From Longimicrobiales bacterium (GTDB lineage Bacteria > Gemmatimonadota > Gemmatimonadetes > Longimicrobiales > Gaopeijiaceae), in assembly GCA_965204735.1 (NCBI GenBank), contig OZ242008.1, positions 2,720,001 to 2,784,000 of the forward strand: a stretch of DNA of 64,000 bases, written 5' to 3'. Positions 1 to 8,520 of the stretch are shown here, one piece after another (position 1 is the stretch's first letter; every line of letters begins with the position of its first letter). The notes below the pieces were generated by a model. The model searched no databases. It saw only the letters and a program-made list of their open reading frames with translations, and was not told where the DNA came from. A program made the position numbers and the translations under genes.

Positions 1-2
1 AC

Positions 3-1826
3 CCGGCCGTCGGCGAACGGATCTCCATCCGGGGCTTCGGCGCCAGAGCCCAGTTCGGGGTCCGGGGGATCAAGGTGCTGGTGGACGGCATTCCCGCCAC
101 GCTTCCGGACGGCCAGACCACGCTGGACCATCTGGACGTGGGCTCGCTGGGCCGGGTGGAGGCCCTGCGGGGGCCGGCCGCCGCGCTCTACGGCAACGGC
201 GCAGGCGGCGTCCTCCTCCTCGCCAGCGCCGAACCCTTCGCCGGCGCCTCCCGGCCGGAAGCGGCCGCGGTCTTGGGCTCCGACGGACTCTTGCGGCTGC
301 AAGCCACGACCTCGGGCAGCGCGGGCAAGCTGAAGTACCGCGTCAGCGGGGCGCGCAGCCGCTTCGACGGCTTCCGGGACAACGTCTCGGAGTCGGGGGA
401 AGATCCGTACAGCGGCGCGACCCGCACCACCCTGAACGCAGGCTTCGACCGGGAGGCGGGCGGCGGCGCCCTTTCCGTGCGGCTGATCGGGCTGGACCTG
501 AACGCCCTCAACCCCGGCTCCCTCCCCGCGAGCCTCTTCGACGAAGGGAGCAACCAGGCGTGGGGGTTCAACGTGGCCCGCCGGACCCGAAAGGACGTGC
601 GGCAAGGACAGGTCGGGGTTGCTTGGCGGGGACCCGTGGGCGGTCTGCAGGGGGACTTTTCCGCATACGGGGTGCGCCGAACCCTGGACAACCCGATCCC
701 CACGCGGGTGCTGGACTTGACGCGCAACGGCGGCGGAGTGCGCGTGAGCGTCGCGAAGGAGTGGGGCCGGGAGTCCGGCGCGGCCCGCCTCGACTTCGGC
801 GCCGAGGGCGAGCTTCAGAGCGACGACCGGCGGAACTTCGCCAACGAGGGCGGCGAGCGAGGCGCCGTCGTGCTCGACCAGCAGGAGCGGGTGCGCGCCC
901 TGGCGCTCTTCGGCCAGCTCCGCCTTCCCGCGACCCGGCGAGTGGACGTGCTCGCCGCGCTGCGCCTCGACCGCTTCCGCTTCCGCGCCGACGACCGCTT
1001 CGTCGGACCCGACAACCCCGACGACTCGGGCGAACGCGCCATGGGCGCGGTCAGCCCGTCGGTCGGCGTTCGCCTGGACCTGGGAGACCACGGCGTCTTC
1101 GCGTCGGTGGTGCGCTCCTTCGAGACGCCCACCACCACCGAGCTGGCCAACCAGCCGGACCGGGCCGGCGGCCTCAACCCGGCGCTGGAGCCGCAGCGGG
1201 GCTGGACGGCCGAAGGCGGGATTCGCGGCAAGCTGGGGGGCCGTGCCGCCTACGACCTGACCGGCTTCGCGTCGCTCGTCTCCAATCAGCTGGTGCCCTT
1301 CGAGGTGCCGGCCGCGCCGGGCCGAACGTTCTACCGCAACGCCGGCAAGTCCCGGGTGCGGGGCTTCGAGGCGTCACTCCGAGCCGCCCTCTCCCGCTCG
1401 GTGACCGCCCGCTTCGCCTACGGCTACACCGACGCCCGGTTCGACGACTTCGAGGTGGACGGGGAGCGCTTCGACGGCAACCGCGTTCCCGGCGTGGCCC
1501 CCCACTTGGTCGAAGGCGCGGTTCGGGCCGGCGGCGGCCCGTGGTTCGGAGAGCTCCGGCTGGAGGTGCGGGGCGAAGTTCCCGTCGACGACGCCAACGA
1601 CGCCCACGCCGACGGCTACGCCCTGCTGGACCTCCGGGTCGGCGCGTCCGGGCTGCGGGCCGGCGGCCTCCTGCTCTCGCCCTTCGCCGGCATCACCAAC
1701 GCCACGAATGCGCGCTACGCCTCTTCGGTGGTGGTCAACGCCTTCGGCGGCCGCTACTTCGAGCCGGGACCCGATCGGGGCGGCTACGTGGGGCTCTCGC
1801 TGGCGTGGGCGCGGGAAGGCCCCTAG
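3..1826 (+). CDS. TonB-dependent receptor, YncD/PqqU-like; 5' end outside the window
   Basis: Frame is open from base 3. Plug motif ERISIRGFGARAQFGVRGIKVLVDGIPATLPDGQ...RGPAAALYGNGAGGV, barrel motifs SFETPTTTEL and YRNAGKS, C-terminal GGRYFEPGPDRGGYVGLSLAW. Confidence 0.9.
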   Translation, partial: PAVGERISIRGFGARAQFGVRGIKVLVDGIPATLPDGQTTLDHLDVGSLGRVEALRGPAAALYGNGAGGVLLLASAEPFAGASRPEAAAVLGSDGLLRLQATTSGSAGKLKYRVSGARSRFDGFRDNVSESGEDPYSGATRTTLNAGFDREAGGGALSVRLIGLDLNALNPGSLPASLFDEGSNQAWGFNVARRTRKDVRQGQVGVAWRGPVGGLQGDFSAYGVRRTLDNPIPTRVLDLTRNGGGVRVSVAKEWGRESGAARLDFGAEGELQSDDRRNFANEGGERGAVVLDQQERVRALALFGQLRLPATRRVDVLAALRLDRFRFRADDRFVGPDNPDDSGERAMGAVSPSVGVRLDLGDHGVFASVVRSFETPTTTELANQPDRAGGLNPALEPQRGWTAEGGIRGKLGGRAAYDLTGFASLVSNQLVPFEVPAAPGRTFYRNAGKSRVRGFEASLRAALSRSVTARFAYGYTDARFDDFEVDGERFDGNRVPGVAPHLVEGAVRAGGGPWFGELRLEVRGEVPVDDANDAHADGYALLDLRVGASGLRAGGLLLSPFAGITNATNARYASSVVVNAFGGRYFEPGPDRGGYVGLSLAWAREGP

Positions 1827-1860
1827 GACGTCGTCTCCCGGGCGCGGAGGGCAGGTCCGG

Positions 1861-2817
1861 CTAGCCGCCGGGGCCGCCGGGGCATCCGCTGGCGTCCTCC
1901 ACCAGCCACAAGCTGTTGCCGACCGGGCGCTCGCCCCTCTGGTCGGAGGGGCTGTTGGCCAGCCGGGTGCGCAGGGACATGGCCGAGGAGCCGCCACCGT
2001 CCAGGTTGAGGGCCTCGTCCGCGCCGAGGGCCACCAACAGCTCCGTCAGCTCGGGCAGGGTCATGCCGTCCGAGCGGGGAGGCTGGCGCCCGTCCACGAC
2101 CACCAGCCAGAGGAGTTCCTTCTCGCTGTCGTAGCCCACGGCGGTTCGAGGATGGGGTTCGGCGGCGAACGCCGGGCGCGCGCCGACGGCCAAGTCGCCC
2201 ACGGGCAGGCCGCCGTCGAGCAGCTCGGGGTAGCCCCCCACGACCTGCACCTGCCCGCCCGCGTACTCGGAGCCGCCCACCGTGTCGGCGCCGAAGACCA
2301 TGACGCGGCCGTTCCTCTGCGCGGAACCGATCCAGGGGGTCCGCCGCGACGTCCATACGAAGGCCGGTCGGCTGGAAGCCCGCAGGGTGCCCGGGGTGAC
2401 TTCGGGACCCAGGGGCATCCCCCCTTCCATGAAGAAGTCGCCGTTCACCCCGGCCACCGGGACGACCGACCCCGTGGGGCGCATCTCGGTGACGGTCCTG
2501 CGCGGCCGGTCGGGGCCGTTCTCCTCGGCCGCCGGGACGACGCGGAGCTGCAGGTCGCACCGGGTCAGGTCGGCGGAGACCAAGTGGACGGCCCAGGGAC
2601 CGCGGGGCGACCAGCGGTAGTGGTAGTGGACGCCTTCGCCGAGGCTCTCTCCGCGGCTGGTGTCGGGATCCAGAAAGGCCTGGGCCTCCCGGGACAGCTC
2701 CGGAATCGCCGCGTCCGCCGGCTGCGGCTCGTCCCGGCAGCCCGCAAGGCACGCGAGGGACCCGGCCAAGGCCACCGCCAGCGGAATCGCCGCGCGCCGG
2801 TGCGTCCGCCGGCCCAT
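1861..2817 (-). CDS. Phosphodiester glycosidase (NAGPA) family lipoprotein
   Basis: Lipobox-like LAGC; family motifs GVNGDFF, HPRTAVG, VVVDGRQ, ALNLDGGGSS. ATG 2817 chosen as start. Confidence 0.85.
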   Translation of the reverse strand: MGRRTHRRAAIPLAVALAGSLACLAGCRDEPQPADAAIPELSREAQAFLDPDTSRGESLGEGVHYHYRWSPRGPWAVHLVSADLTRCDLQLRVVPAAEENGPDRPRRTVTEMRPTGSVVPVAGVNGDFFMEGGMPLGPEVTPGTLRASSRPAFVWTSRRTPWIGSAQRNGRVMVFGADTVGGSEYAGGQVQVVGGYPELLDGGLPVGDLAVGARPAFAAEPHPRTAVGYDSEKELLWLVVVDGRQPPRSDGMTLPELTELLVALGADEALNLDGGGSSAMSLRTRLANSPSDQRGERPVGNSLWLVEDASGCPGGPGG

Positions 2818-2819
2818 CG

Positions 2820-3089
2820 TCAGCGCTCCTCCGCCCTGTCCCACGACTCGGAAGCCCAGAAGTGTTCCTCCTCCGCGCGGATCTCGTCCATGTCCAGCGG
2901 CTCGTCGTCCTCCAGGAAGAGCAGCCCGCCCTCCTCGATCTGCCGCACGTCGTCGTCGGAGAGGCCGGCCGCGGCCGACCGGGTCCGGCGAAGAATCCGC
3001 CGTCGCGCCATCGCTCCCGCGACGAGAACCAGCGCCGACAGCGCCGCGAAGATCCAGCCCGTCACGGAGACGGCCCCTCGGCCCAGCAC
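2820..3089 (-). CDS. Small membrane-anchored hypothetical protein with acidic tail
   Basis: One hydrophobic helix WIFAALSALVLVAGAM then an acidic region; fills the gap between co-oriented genes. Start uncertain. Confidence 0.65.
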   Translation of the reverse strand: MLGRGAVSVTGWIFAALSALVLVAGAMARRRILRRTRSAAAGLSDDDVRQIEEGGLLFLEDDEPLDMDEIRAEEEHFWASESWDRAEER

Positions 3090-3123
3090 CGACGGCGGCC
3101 CGTGCGCCGGCGCGACCGCCGCG

Positions 3124-4350
3124 TCACGCGACCGGCTCCATGCCGACGTACTTCAACCCGCTCCCCGTGTTGAAGAGCACGACTTCGTCCTCGGCTCCGA
3201 TCAAGCCCATCGAGCGCAACCTGGGGACGGCGGCGGCGGTCGCTCCGCCCTCCGGCGCGGCGAAGACTCCGGTGGCGGCCCCCATCGCCGCCACCCACCG
3301 CGCCATCTCCGCGTCCCGCACGGCGACCGCCCCGCCCCCCGACTCGCGCAGCGCCCGCAGGACCAGAAAGTCCCCCACCGCCCCCGGCACGCGCAACCCG
3401 GAGGCGTAGGTGACGGCGTTCTCCCACGTGCCGGCGTCCTCCCGGCCTTCTTTCCACGCGCGCACGATCGGCGCGCAGCCCGCGGCCTGCACCGTGAACA
3501 TCCTGGGCCGTTGGGAACCGATCCAGCCCAGCCGCTCCATCTCGTCGAACGCCTTCCACATCCCCACCATCCCCGTGCCCCCGCCGGTCGGGTACACGAC
3601 GGCGTCCGGCAACCGTCCCCCCAGCTGCTCGAAGAGCTCGTAGCCCATCGTCTTCTTGCCCTCGACCCGGTACGGTTCCTTCAAGGTGGAGAGGTCCCAC
3701 CAGCCGTGCTCGTCGCACCCCCGGCGCACCGCCTTGCCGCAGTCGCCGATCAGGCCGTCCAGCAGGCGCAGCTCCGCTCCCAGCGCCCGGATCTCGGCAA
3801 GGATGGGGGCGGGCGTGTCGGTGGGGACCACGACGTGGACCGGAAGGCCCGCCGCGGCCCCGTAGGCGGCGGCCGACCCGGCCGCGTTGCCCGCCGAGGG
3901 GATCGCAAGCGCCGCCGCGCCCAGCTCCAGCGCCCGGGAAACCGCCATGCACAGCCCCCGGTCCTTGAAGGAGCCGGTCGGGTTCTGGCCCTCGTCCTTG
4001 ATCCACAGGCGGCCCACGTCCAGGGATCGGGCCATGGCGGGAGACTCGAGCAGGGGCGTGAAGCCTTCGCCCAGGCTGACGCGGCACGCCGGGTCCCTCA
4101 CCGGAAGCGCCTCCGCGTACCGCCACAACGTCGGCGACCGCCCTGCCAGCGCGTCGGGCGCAAAGCGAGCCCGGAGGGCGTCCAGGTCGTAGCGGGCGAA
4201 GAACGGCTTGCCGGCGGGCGAAAGGCCGGCCAAGCGCTCCGACTCGTACGTCTTGCCGGTGGCCGTGCATTCGAGATGGGAAGCGCCGGGGAGCGGTCTC
4301 GGCGCTGCTGCCCGCCTTCCCGTGCCTTCTCGGCGCTTCGTTTCGTCCAC
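3124..4350 (-). CDS. thrC: Threonine synthase (PLP fold II)
   Basis: SLGEGFTPL, PLP-lysine motif NPTGSFKDRG, SAGNA, EGKKTMGYE, YPTGGG, FNTGSGLKY. GTG 4350 follows a purine-rich RBS; the longer ORF only reads through a tandem repeat. Confidence 0.9.
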   Translation of the reverse strand: MDETKRREGTGRRAAAPRPLPGASHLECTATGKTYESERLAGLSPAGKPFFARYDLDALRARFAPDALAGRSPTLWRYAEALPVRDPACRVSLGEGFTPLLESPAMARSLDVGRLWIKDEGQNPTGSFKDRGLCMAVSRALELGAAALAIPSAGNAAGSAAAYGAAAGLPVHVVVPTDTPAPILAEIRALGAELRLLDGLIGDCGKAVRRGCDEHGWWDLSTLKEPYRVEGKKTMGYELFEQLGGRLPDAVVYPTGGGTGMVGMWKAFDEMERLGWIGSQRPRMFTVQAAGCAPIVRAWKEGREDAGTWENAVTYASGLRVPGAVGDFLVLRALRESGGGAVAVRDAEMARWVAAMGAATGVFAAPEGGATAAAVPRLRSMGLIGAEDEVVLFNTGSGLKYVGMEPVA

Positions 4351-4394
4351 CGAGCCTTCCCCCTTCCGTTGGGGACGAGTTCCGCGGCCTTGGC

Positions 4395-4534
4395 GGCCCG
4401 CTCGCCGACTCCAAGGCCCGCTCGCCAACTCCAAGGCCCGCTCGCCAACTCCAAGGCCCGCTCGCCAACTCCAAGGCCCGCTCGCCAACTCCAAGGCCCG
4501 CTCGCCGACTCCAAGGCCCGCTCGCCGACTCCAA
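4395..4534. repeat. Tandem repeat, 7 x 20 bp (GGCCCGCTCGCCRACTCCAA)
   Basis: Seven contiguous units differing only at one G/A position, between the divergent thrC and ECF sigma genes. Confidence 0.97.
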
Positions 4535-4629
4535 CTTGGAGATGGAGTTCCCTCTTGGGAAGTCGGGGCCGGCCGGCCCGGCTGGAGGGCCCTGTTCGAG
4601 GGGGAGTCTGGCAACCCATGATGGAGTCG

Positions 4630-4656
4630 GGCAACCCTGATCGGCGTCGGTGCGTC
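4630..4656 (+). promoter_or_regulatory. Putative ECF sigma-dependent promoter (GGCAAC-N17-CGTC)
   Basis: AAC and CGTC elements with ECF-type spacing upstream of an ECF sigma gene; the same geometry occurs before the second ECF gene. Confidence 0.5.
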
Positions 4657-4760
4657 CGACTGAACGGAATCGAAGACCGTCGCGGCGCGCCCGCCGCCTC
4701 CCGCTGGTGTGGAGCGGCGTCTGCTGGAGCTCGCGGCAACCGCCGGAGTGGAGCAGCAAA

Positions 4761-5336
4761 CTGGAACGACCCATCGAAGCCGAGTCGACGAGCGAGCTGA
4801 TTCGCCGCTCCTGCGAGGGGGACGAACGGGCCGCCCGGGGTCTCTACCACCGGTATGCCCCTCGCGTCTACGCCGTGGTCCGGCGGATCGCGGGCAACGA
4901 CGACCTGGCCAAGGACTACGCCCAAGAGGCTTGGATCAGGGCGTTTCGGGCGCTGCCCGGCTTCCGCGGAGATGCGCGCTTCTCCACTTGGCTGCACCGG
5001 ATCGCCGTCAACGCAGCCCTTCAGCTGGAGCGCAAGCAGAAGGCCGCCCGCGAGCGGGAGGCGCCGTTGCCCGAGGTGATACCGGTGGCCCCCCAGGTCC
5101 GCGACGTCCTTCTGCAGCGGAGGCTGGAGGAGGCGCTGGACCAGCTGCCGCCGAGGATGCGGCAGGTGCTGGTGCTTCACGACGTGGAGGGCCGCACCCA
5201 TCAAGAGATCGGAGAGGACCTGGGGATCGCCGCCGGAACGTCCAAGTCGCAGTTGTTCAAGGCCCGCGCAAAGATGCGGCGAATGCTGGCCGCCTACGAA
5301 CAAGAAGCCAAGGAGATCGCAGCATGGAACGGTTGA
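4761..5336 (+). CDS. ECF (sigma-70 group 4) sigma factor
   Basis: Region 2 AKDYAQEAWIRAFRALPGFRGDARFSTWLHRIAVN; region 4 LVLHDVEGRTHQEIGEDLGIAAGTSKSQLFKAR. Start uncertain (CTG 4761 after GGAG; ORF open from 4650). Confidence 0.93.
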   Translation: MERPIEAESTSELIRRSCEGDERAARGLYHRYAPRVYAVVRRIAGNDDLAKDYAQEAWIRAFRALPGFRGDARFSTWLHRIAVNAALQLERKQKAAREREAPLPEVIPVAPQVRDVLLQRRLEEALDQLPPRMRQVLVLHDVEGRTHQEIGEDLGIAAGTSKSQLFKARAKMRRMLAAYEQEAKEIAAWNG

Positions 5337-5363
5337 CGCTCGAATGGAACGGTTGACGCTCGA
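5324..5363 (+). repeat. Perfect 20-bp tandem duplication ATGGAACGGTTGACGCTCGA covering the anti-sigma start codon
   Basis: 5324-5343 is identical to 5344-5363. Confidence 0.97.
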
Positions 5364-6051
5364 AGAGTTGGCTCGGCTGGTCGACGAGCAGCCGACTCTG
5401 GAAGAACGGAAGGCACTGGACCGGGACCCGGAGGCCCGCCGGCAGCTAGAGGCGCTGCAGGCCCTGACCGCCGCCCTCAAGGACCTGCCCGCCGTGCTGC
5501 CGCCCCCTGCCGGCTGGGATCAGCTTCGGGCCCGATTGGTGGCCGCTGGGCTGATCCGCCGCCGCCCGCGCCGGTTCGCGGTGTCGCGGAAGTGGATGCA
5601 AGCGGCGGCGGCACTCGTGCTCTTCGCGGGGGGAACGGGGTTCGGCGCGGCGTGGGGACCGAGCCTGGGCGGCCGGCTCGGCGACTCGCCGGTCGGGCAA
5701 GGGGGCGCATCGCCCGGGACGGCGGTCGCGGGCGCTCTTCCGGCGACCTCGGCGGCGACGGCGGCGCCCTCCTTCGCCACCGTCGAGGAGGCGAGAACCG
5801 CCGTGGAGTCCGCCGAGGAGCAGTGGGCGGAAGCGTTCGACGCCTACCAGCGCCTCCTCCGCTCCCAGGGGCTGCTGCCGGCCGCGCCGGACCCCGCTTC
5901 CCGAGCGCACTTCATGGAGCTGATCCGCACCGCCAGCCAGACAGCGCTGCAGGAGTCTCCCGGGGATCCGTTCCTCAACACCGTCTACGTCTCGGCGACG
6001 CGGGAGCAGGAGAACCTTCTCCGAATGGCCAGCCAGGACTTCTGGCACTGA
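5344..6051 (+). CDS. Putative membrane-bound anti-sigma factor
   Basis: Directly follows the ECF gene; N-terminal helical domain, one TM segment (WMQAAAALVLFAGG), helical C-terminal part. Confidence 0.75.
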   Translation: MERLTLEELARLVDEQPTLEERKALDRDPEARRQLEALQALTAALKDLPAVLPPPAGWDQLRARLVAAGLIRRRPRRFAVSRKWMQAAAALVLFAGGTGFGAAWGPSLGGRLGDSPVGQGGASPGTAVAGALPATSAATAAPSFATVEEARTAVESAEEQWAEAFDAYQRLLRSQGLLPAAPDPASRAHFMELIRTASQTALQESPGDPFLNTVYVSATREQENLLRMASQDFWH

Positions 6052-6056
6052 TCCCG

Positions 6057-7202
6057 ATGGCGCCTTCCCCGTGCTTCCGCTCCCGCGCGTGGAGCAGGTC
6101 GGCGAGGCTCTGCTCGTCGACGGCGAGTCCTTGCTTCCGCTCCCGCGCGTGGAGCAAGTCGCTTCTCTTCCTAGCTTGCGCCGCCGTCGCCGCTCTTTCC
6201 GACGAGGCGCGCGGGCAGGCCGCGGGACGGGGGCCGGCCGCGTCGGGCGCGCAAGCGGCAGAGGACGGAGGGCGGACGGGATGGCTGGGCGTCCGCGTCG
6301 ACGTCCGCGTGGCGATCCCCGGGCGGCATCGAGACTCGATCGTCGTGGTGATCGCCGACGTCTACCCGGGCGGGCCGGCCGACGTGGGAGGCGTCGCGCG
6401 CGGCGACCGGGTGCTGGCCGCGGACGGCGTCGCCTTCGTCGGCTGGGAGACGTGGGGCCGCTTCACGGCGGGACTCGTGCCCGGACGCGCGCTTCGGCTC
6501 GTCCTCCTTCGCGACGACGCACTTCACGAGGCGACGGTGGTCGCGGGCGAGGCCCCCCCGGCAGGCACGAGGCTCGCGCCGAGTCGCATGGCCCGCGCCG
6601 AGCTTGCCGGTCGCGACTACGCGGGAACGCAGGCCCGCATGCTGCGCACCATGGACTCGCTTCTCCGGGTCGCCGCATCGGGCATGGGCGAGATCGAACG
6701 GTCGTGGTCCCGGACCCGCTCCTTCGATCTCCTGATCGGTGGGCTCGGACCCGCCGGGCGCGGGGATTCCCTGGCGCCGGCGGCGGTCCGTCGCGTCCAG
6801 GAGCGGGGCCGGAGGTCTTCCGTCGAAGCGCTCCCCGGCGAGGGAGGCGGAGGCCCCTCGCTGCGCCCCTTCCGAAGCGAGGGCGCGCGGCAGGCGCGCA
6901 TGATGACTCCGGCCCTCCTGGACAACCCCTTCGTCTTCGGCGGGGCGCTGGCCAGAGACCTGACCGAGGAGCTGGGGCGCTACTTCGACAGCGTCGCCGG
7001 GGTCTTGATCACCGACGTGCTTCCCCGCACGCCCGCCGCCGCCGCCGGCTTCCATCCGGGGGACGTGATCGTCTCCGTGGACGGCCGAGGAACGCCGGCG
7101 CTCGCCGCGCTGCGGACCGCCCTGGCCGAGAAGGGGCCTCCCTACGAGATCCACCTAGTGCGCCAAGGAGCCCGCGCGCTGGTCCGCTACCCCCGTCCAT
7201 AA
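6057..7202 (+). CDS. Exported protein with two PDZ domains
   Basis: GWLGV...VYPGGPADVGGVARGDRVLAADG and LITDVLPRTPAAAAGFHPGDVIVSVDG; signal-like hydrophobic stretch near the N-terminus. Confidence 0.8.
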   Translation: MAPSPCFRSRAWSRSARLCSSTASPCFRSRAWSKSLLFLACAAVAALSDEARGQAAGRGPAASGAQAAEDGGRTGWLGVRVDVRVAIPGRHRDSIVVVIADVYPGGPADVGGVARGDRVLAADGVAFVGWETWGRFTAGLVPGRALRLVLLRDDALHEATVVAGEAPPAGTRLAPSRMARAELAGRDYAGTQARMLRTMDSLLRVAASGMGEIERSWSRTRSFDLLIGGLGPAGRGDSLAPAAVRRVQERGRRSSVEALPGEGGGGPSLRPFRSEGARQARMMTPALLDNPFVFGGALARDLTEELGRYFDSVAGVLITDVLPRTPAAAAGFHPGDVIVSVDGRGTPALAALRTALAEKGPPYEIHLVRQGARALVRYPRP

Positions 7203-7287
7203 GAGGCGCGGGCGCGGGACAACCCAGCAGGGTGACGTGCTCGTATGCGCCGTCGGGCCATAAGGGGCTCGGGCGCGGGAAAGGCCG

Positions 7288-8502
7288 CTACTCGTACCGA
7301 AGCGCGTCGATCGGGTCGAGAAGCGAGGCGCGACGGGCCGGCCATATTCCAAAGAAGAGGCCGATCGCCGCGGCGACTCCCAGCGCGACGGCGACCGCCT
7401 CCGGGGCCACGGCCGTGTCCCATCCGGCGATCCGGGTGAAGCCCTCCGCCCCGCCGAAGCCCGCCAGCACCCCCAGCAAGCCCCCCAGGACGCAAAGCAC
7501 GAGCGCCTCCACCAGGAACTGGAAGAGGATCGTCTTCCGCGTAGCCCCCAGCGCCTTTCGGACGCCGATCTCGCGGGTTCGCTCCGTGACGCTCACCAGC
7601 ATGATGTTCATGATCCCGATCCCGCCCACGATCAGGCTGATCGCCGCGATTCCCGCCAGGAGCAGGCTGAAGGTCTGCTGCGCCTCGCCGAAGGTCTCCA
7701 GAATGTCGGAGGACTTCTGGATGCTGAAGTCGGCCTCTTCGGCGGGGAGGATGCGGTGCTCGCGCCTGATCACCCGGTCGATGTCCGCCCACGCCGGGTC
7801 CAGAAGCTCCGGGGAAGCCGCCGCCACGTAGATCGAGCGCAGCCGGTCCCGGCCGCCCATCATCCTGTACATCGCCGTGGAGAGGGGCACGAACACCTGG
7901 TCGTCGGGCCGCATCCACATGGCGCCGCCCTTCTCCTTGAGCACGCCCACGACCTCGAAGGGGATGCCTCGAATCTGGATCGTCCGGCCGACCAGGAGCT
8001 GCCCAGGCGTGCCCAGGTCGTCGGGCACGTTCGACCCCAGGACGGCGACCCTGCGACGGCCCTGCACCTCGCCTTCGTCGAAGAGGCGCCCGTGCGCGAT
8101 CTCGTGGCTGTGGACGTCGAAGTAGGACGGCCACGTCCCGACCACCTCGTTGGACGAGTTCCAGCGCAGGTAGGAGACCTGGAAGCGGGACTCGATCTCG
8201 GGAGCGATCTGGTACTTGTCGCCCACTTGGTCGCGGAGGGCTTGGGCGTCGTCCTCTTCGAGCCGTCGGTTGCCGCTGGCGACCCCGCGGAAGAAGCCCT
8301 GGCCGGGACGCACCGTGAGGATGTTGGTGCCCATCGTCTCGATCTGCTGCTGGACCCGCCGCTGAGCGCCTTCTCCGAGCGCGACCATGGTGATCACCGC
8401 CGCCGATCCGATGACGATGCCCAACGTCGTCAGGGCCGAGCGAAGGGCGTTGGCGCGGATCGAGGCCATCGCCACCAGCACGGTCTCCTTGATGATGAAC
8501 AT
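7288..8502 (-). CDS. MacB/FtsX-family ABC transporter permease
   Basis: RSALTTLGIVIG, GGIGIMNIMLVSVTERTREIGVRKALGA, PARRASLLDPIDALRYE. Confidence 0.95.
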   Translation of the reverse strand: MFIIKETVLVAMASIRANALRSALTTLGIVIGSAAVITMVALGEGAQRRVQQQIETMGTNILTVRPGQGFFRGVASGNRRLEEDDAQALRDQVGDKYQIAPEIESRFQVSYLRWNSSNEVVGTWPSYFDVHSHEIAHGRLFDEGEVQGRRRVAVLGSNVPDDLGTPGQLLVGRTIQIRGIPFEVVGVLKEKGGAMWMRPDDQVFVPLSTAMYRMMGGRDRLRSIYVAAASPELLDPAWADIDRVIRREHRILPAEEADFSIQKSSDILETFGEAQQTFSLLLAGIAAISLIVGGIGIMNIMLVSVTERTREIGVRKALGATRKTILFQFLVEALVLCVLGGLLGVLAGFGGAEGFTRIAGWDTAVAPEAVAVALGVAAAIGLFFGIWPARRASLLDPIDALRYE

Positions 8503-8520
8503 GGCCGCCTCGTTTCCCGG

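Noticed and set aside
4395..4534. CRISPR array
   Set aside because: Units are contiguous with no unique spacers and there are no cas genes; it is a VNTR.
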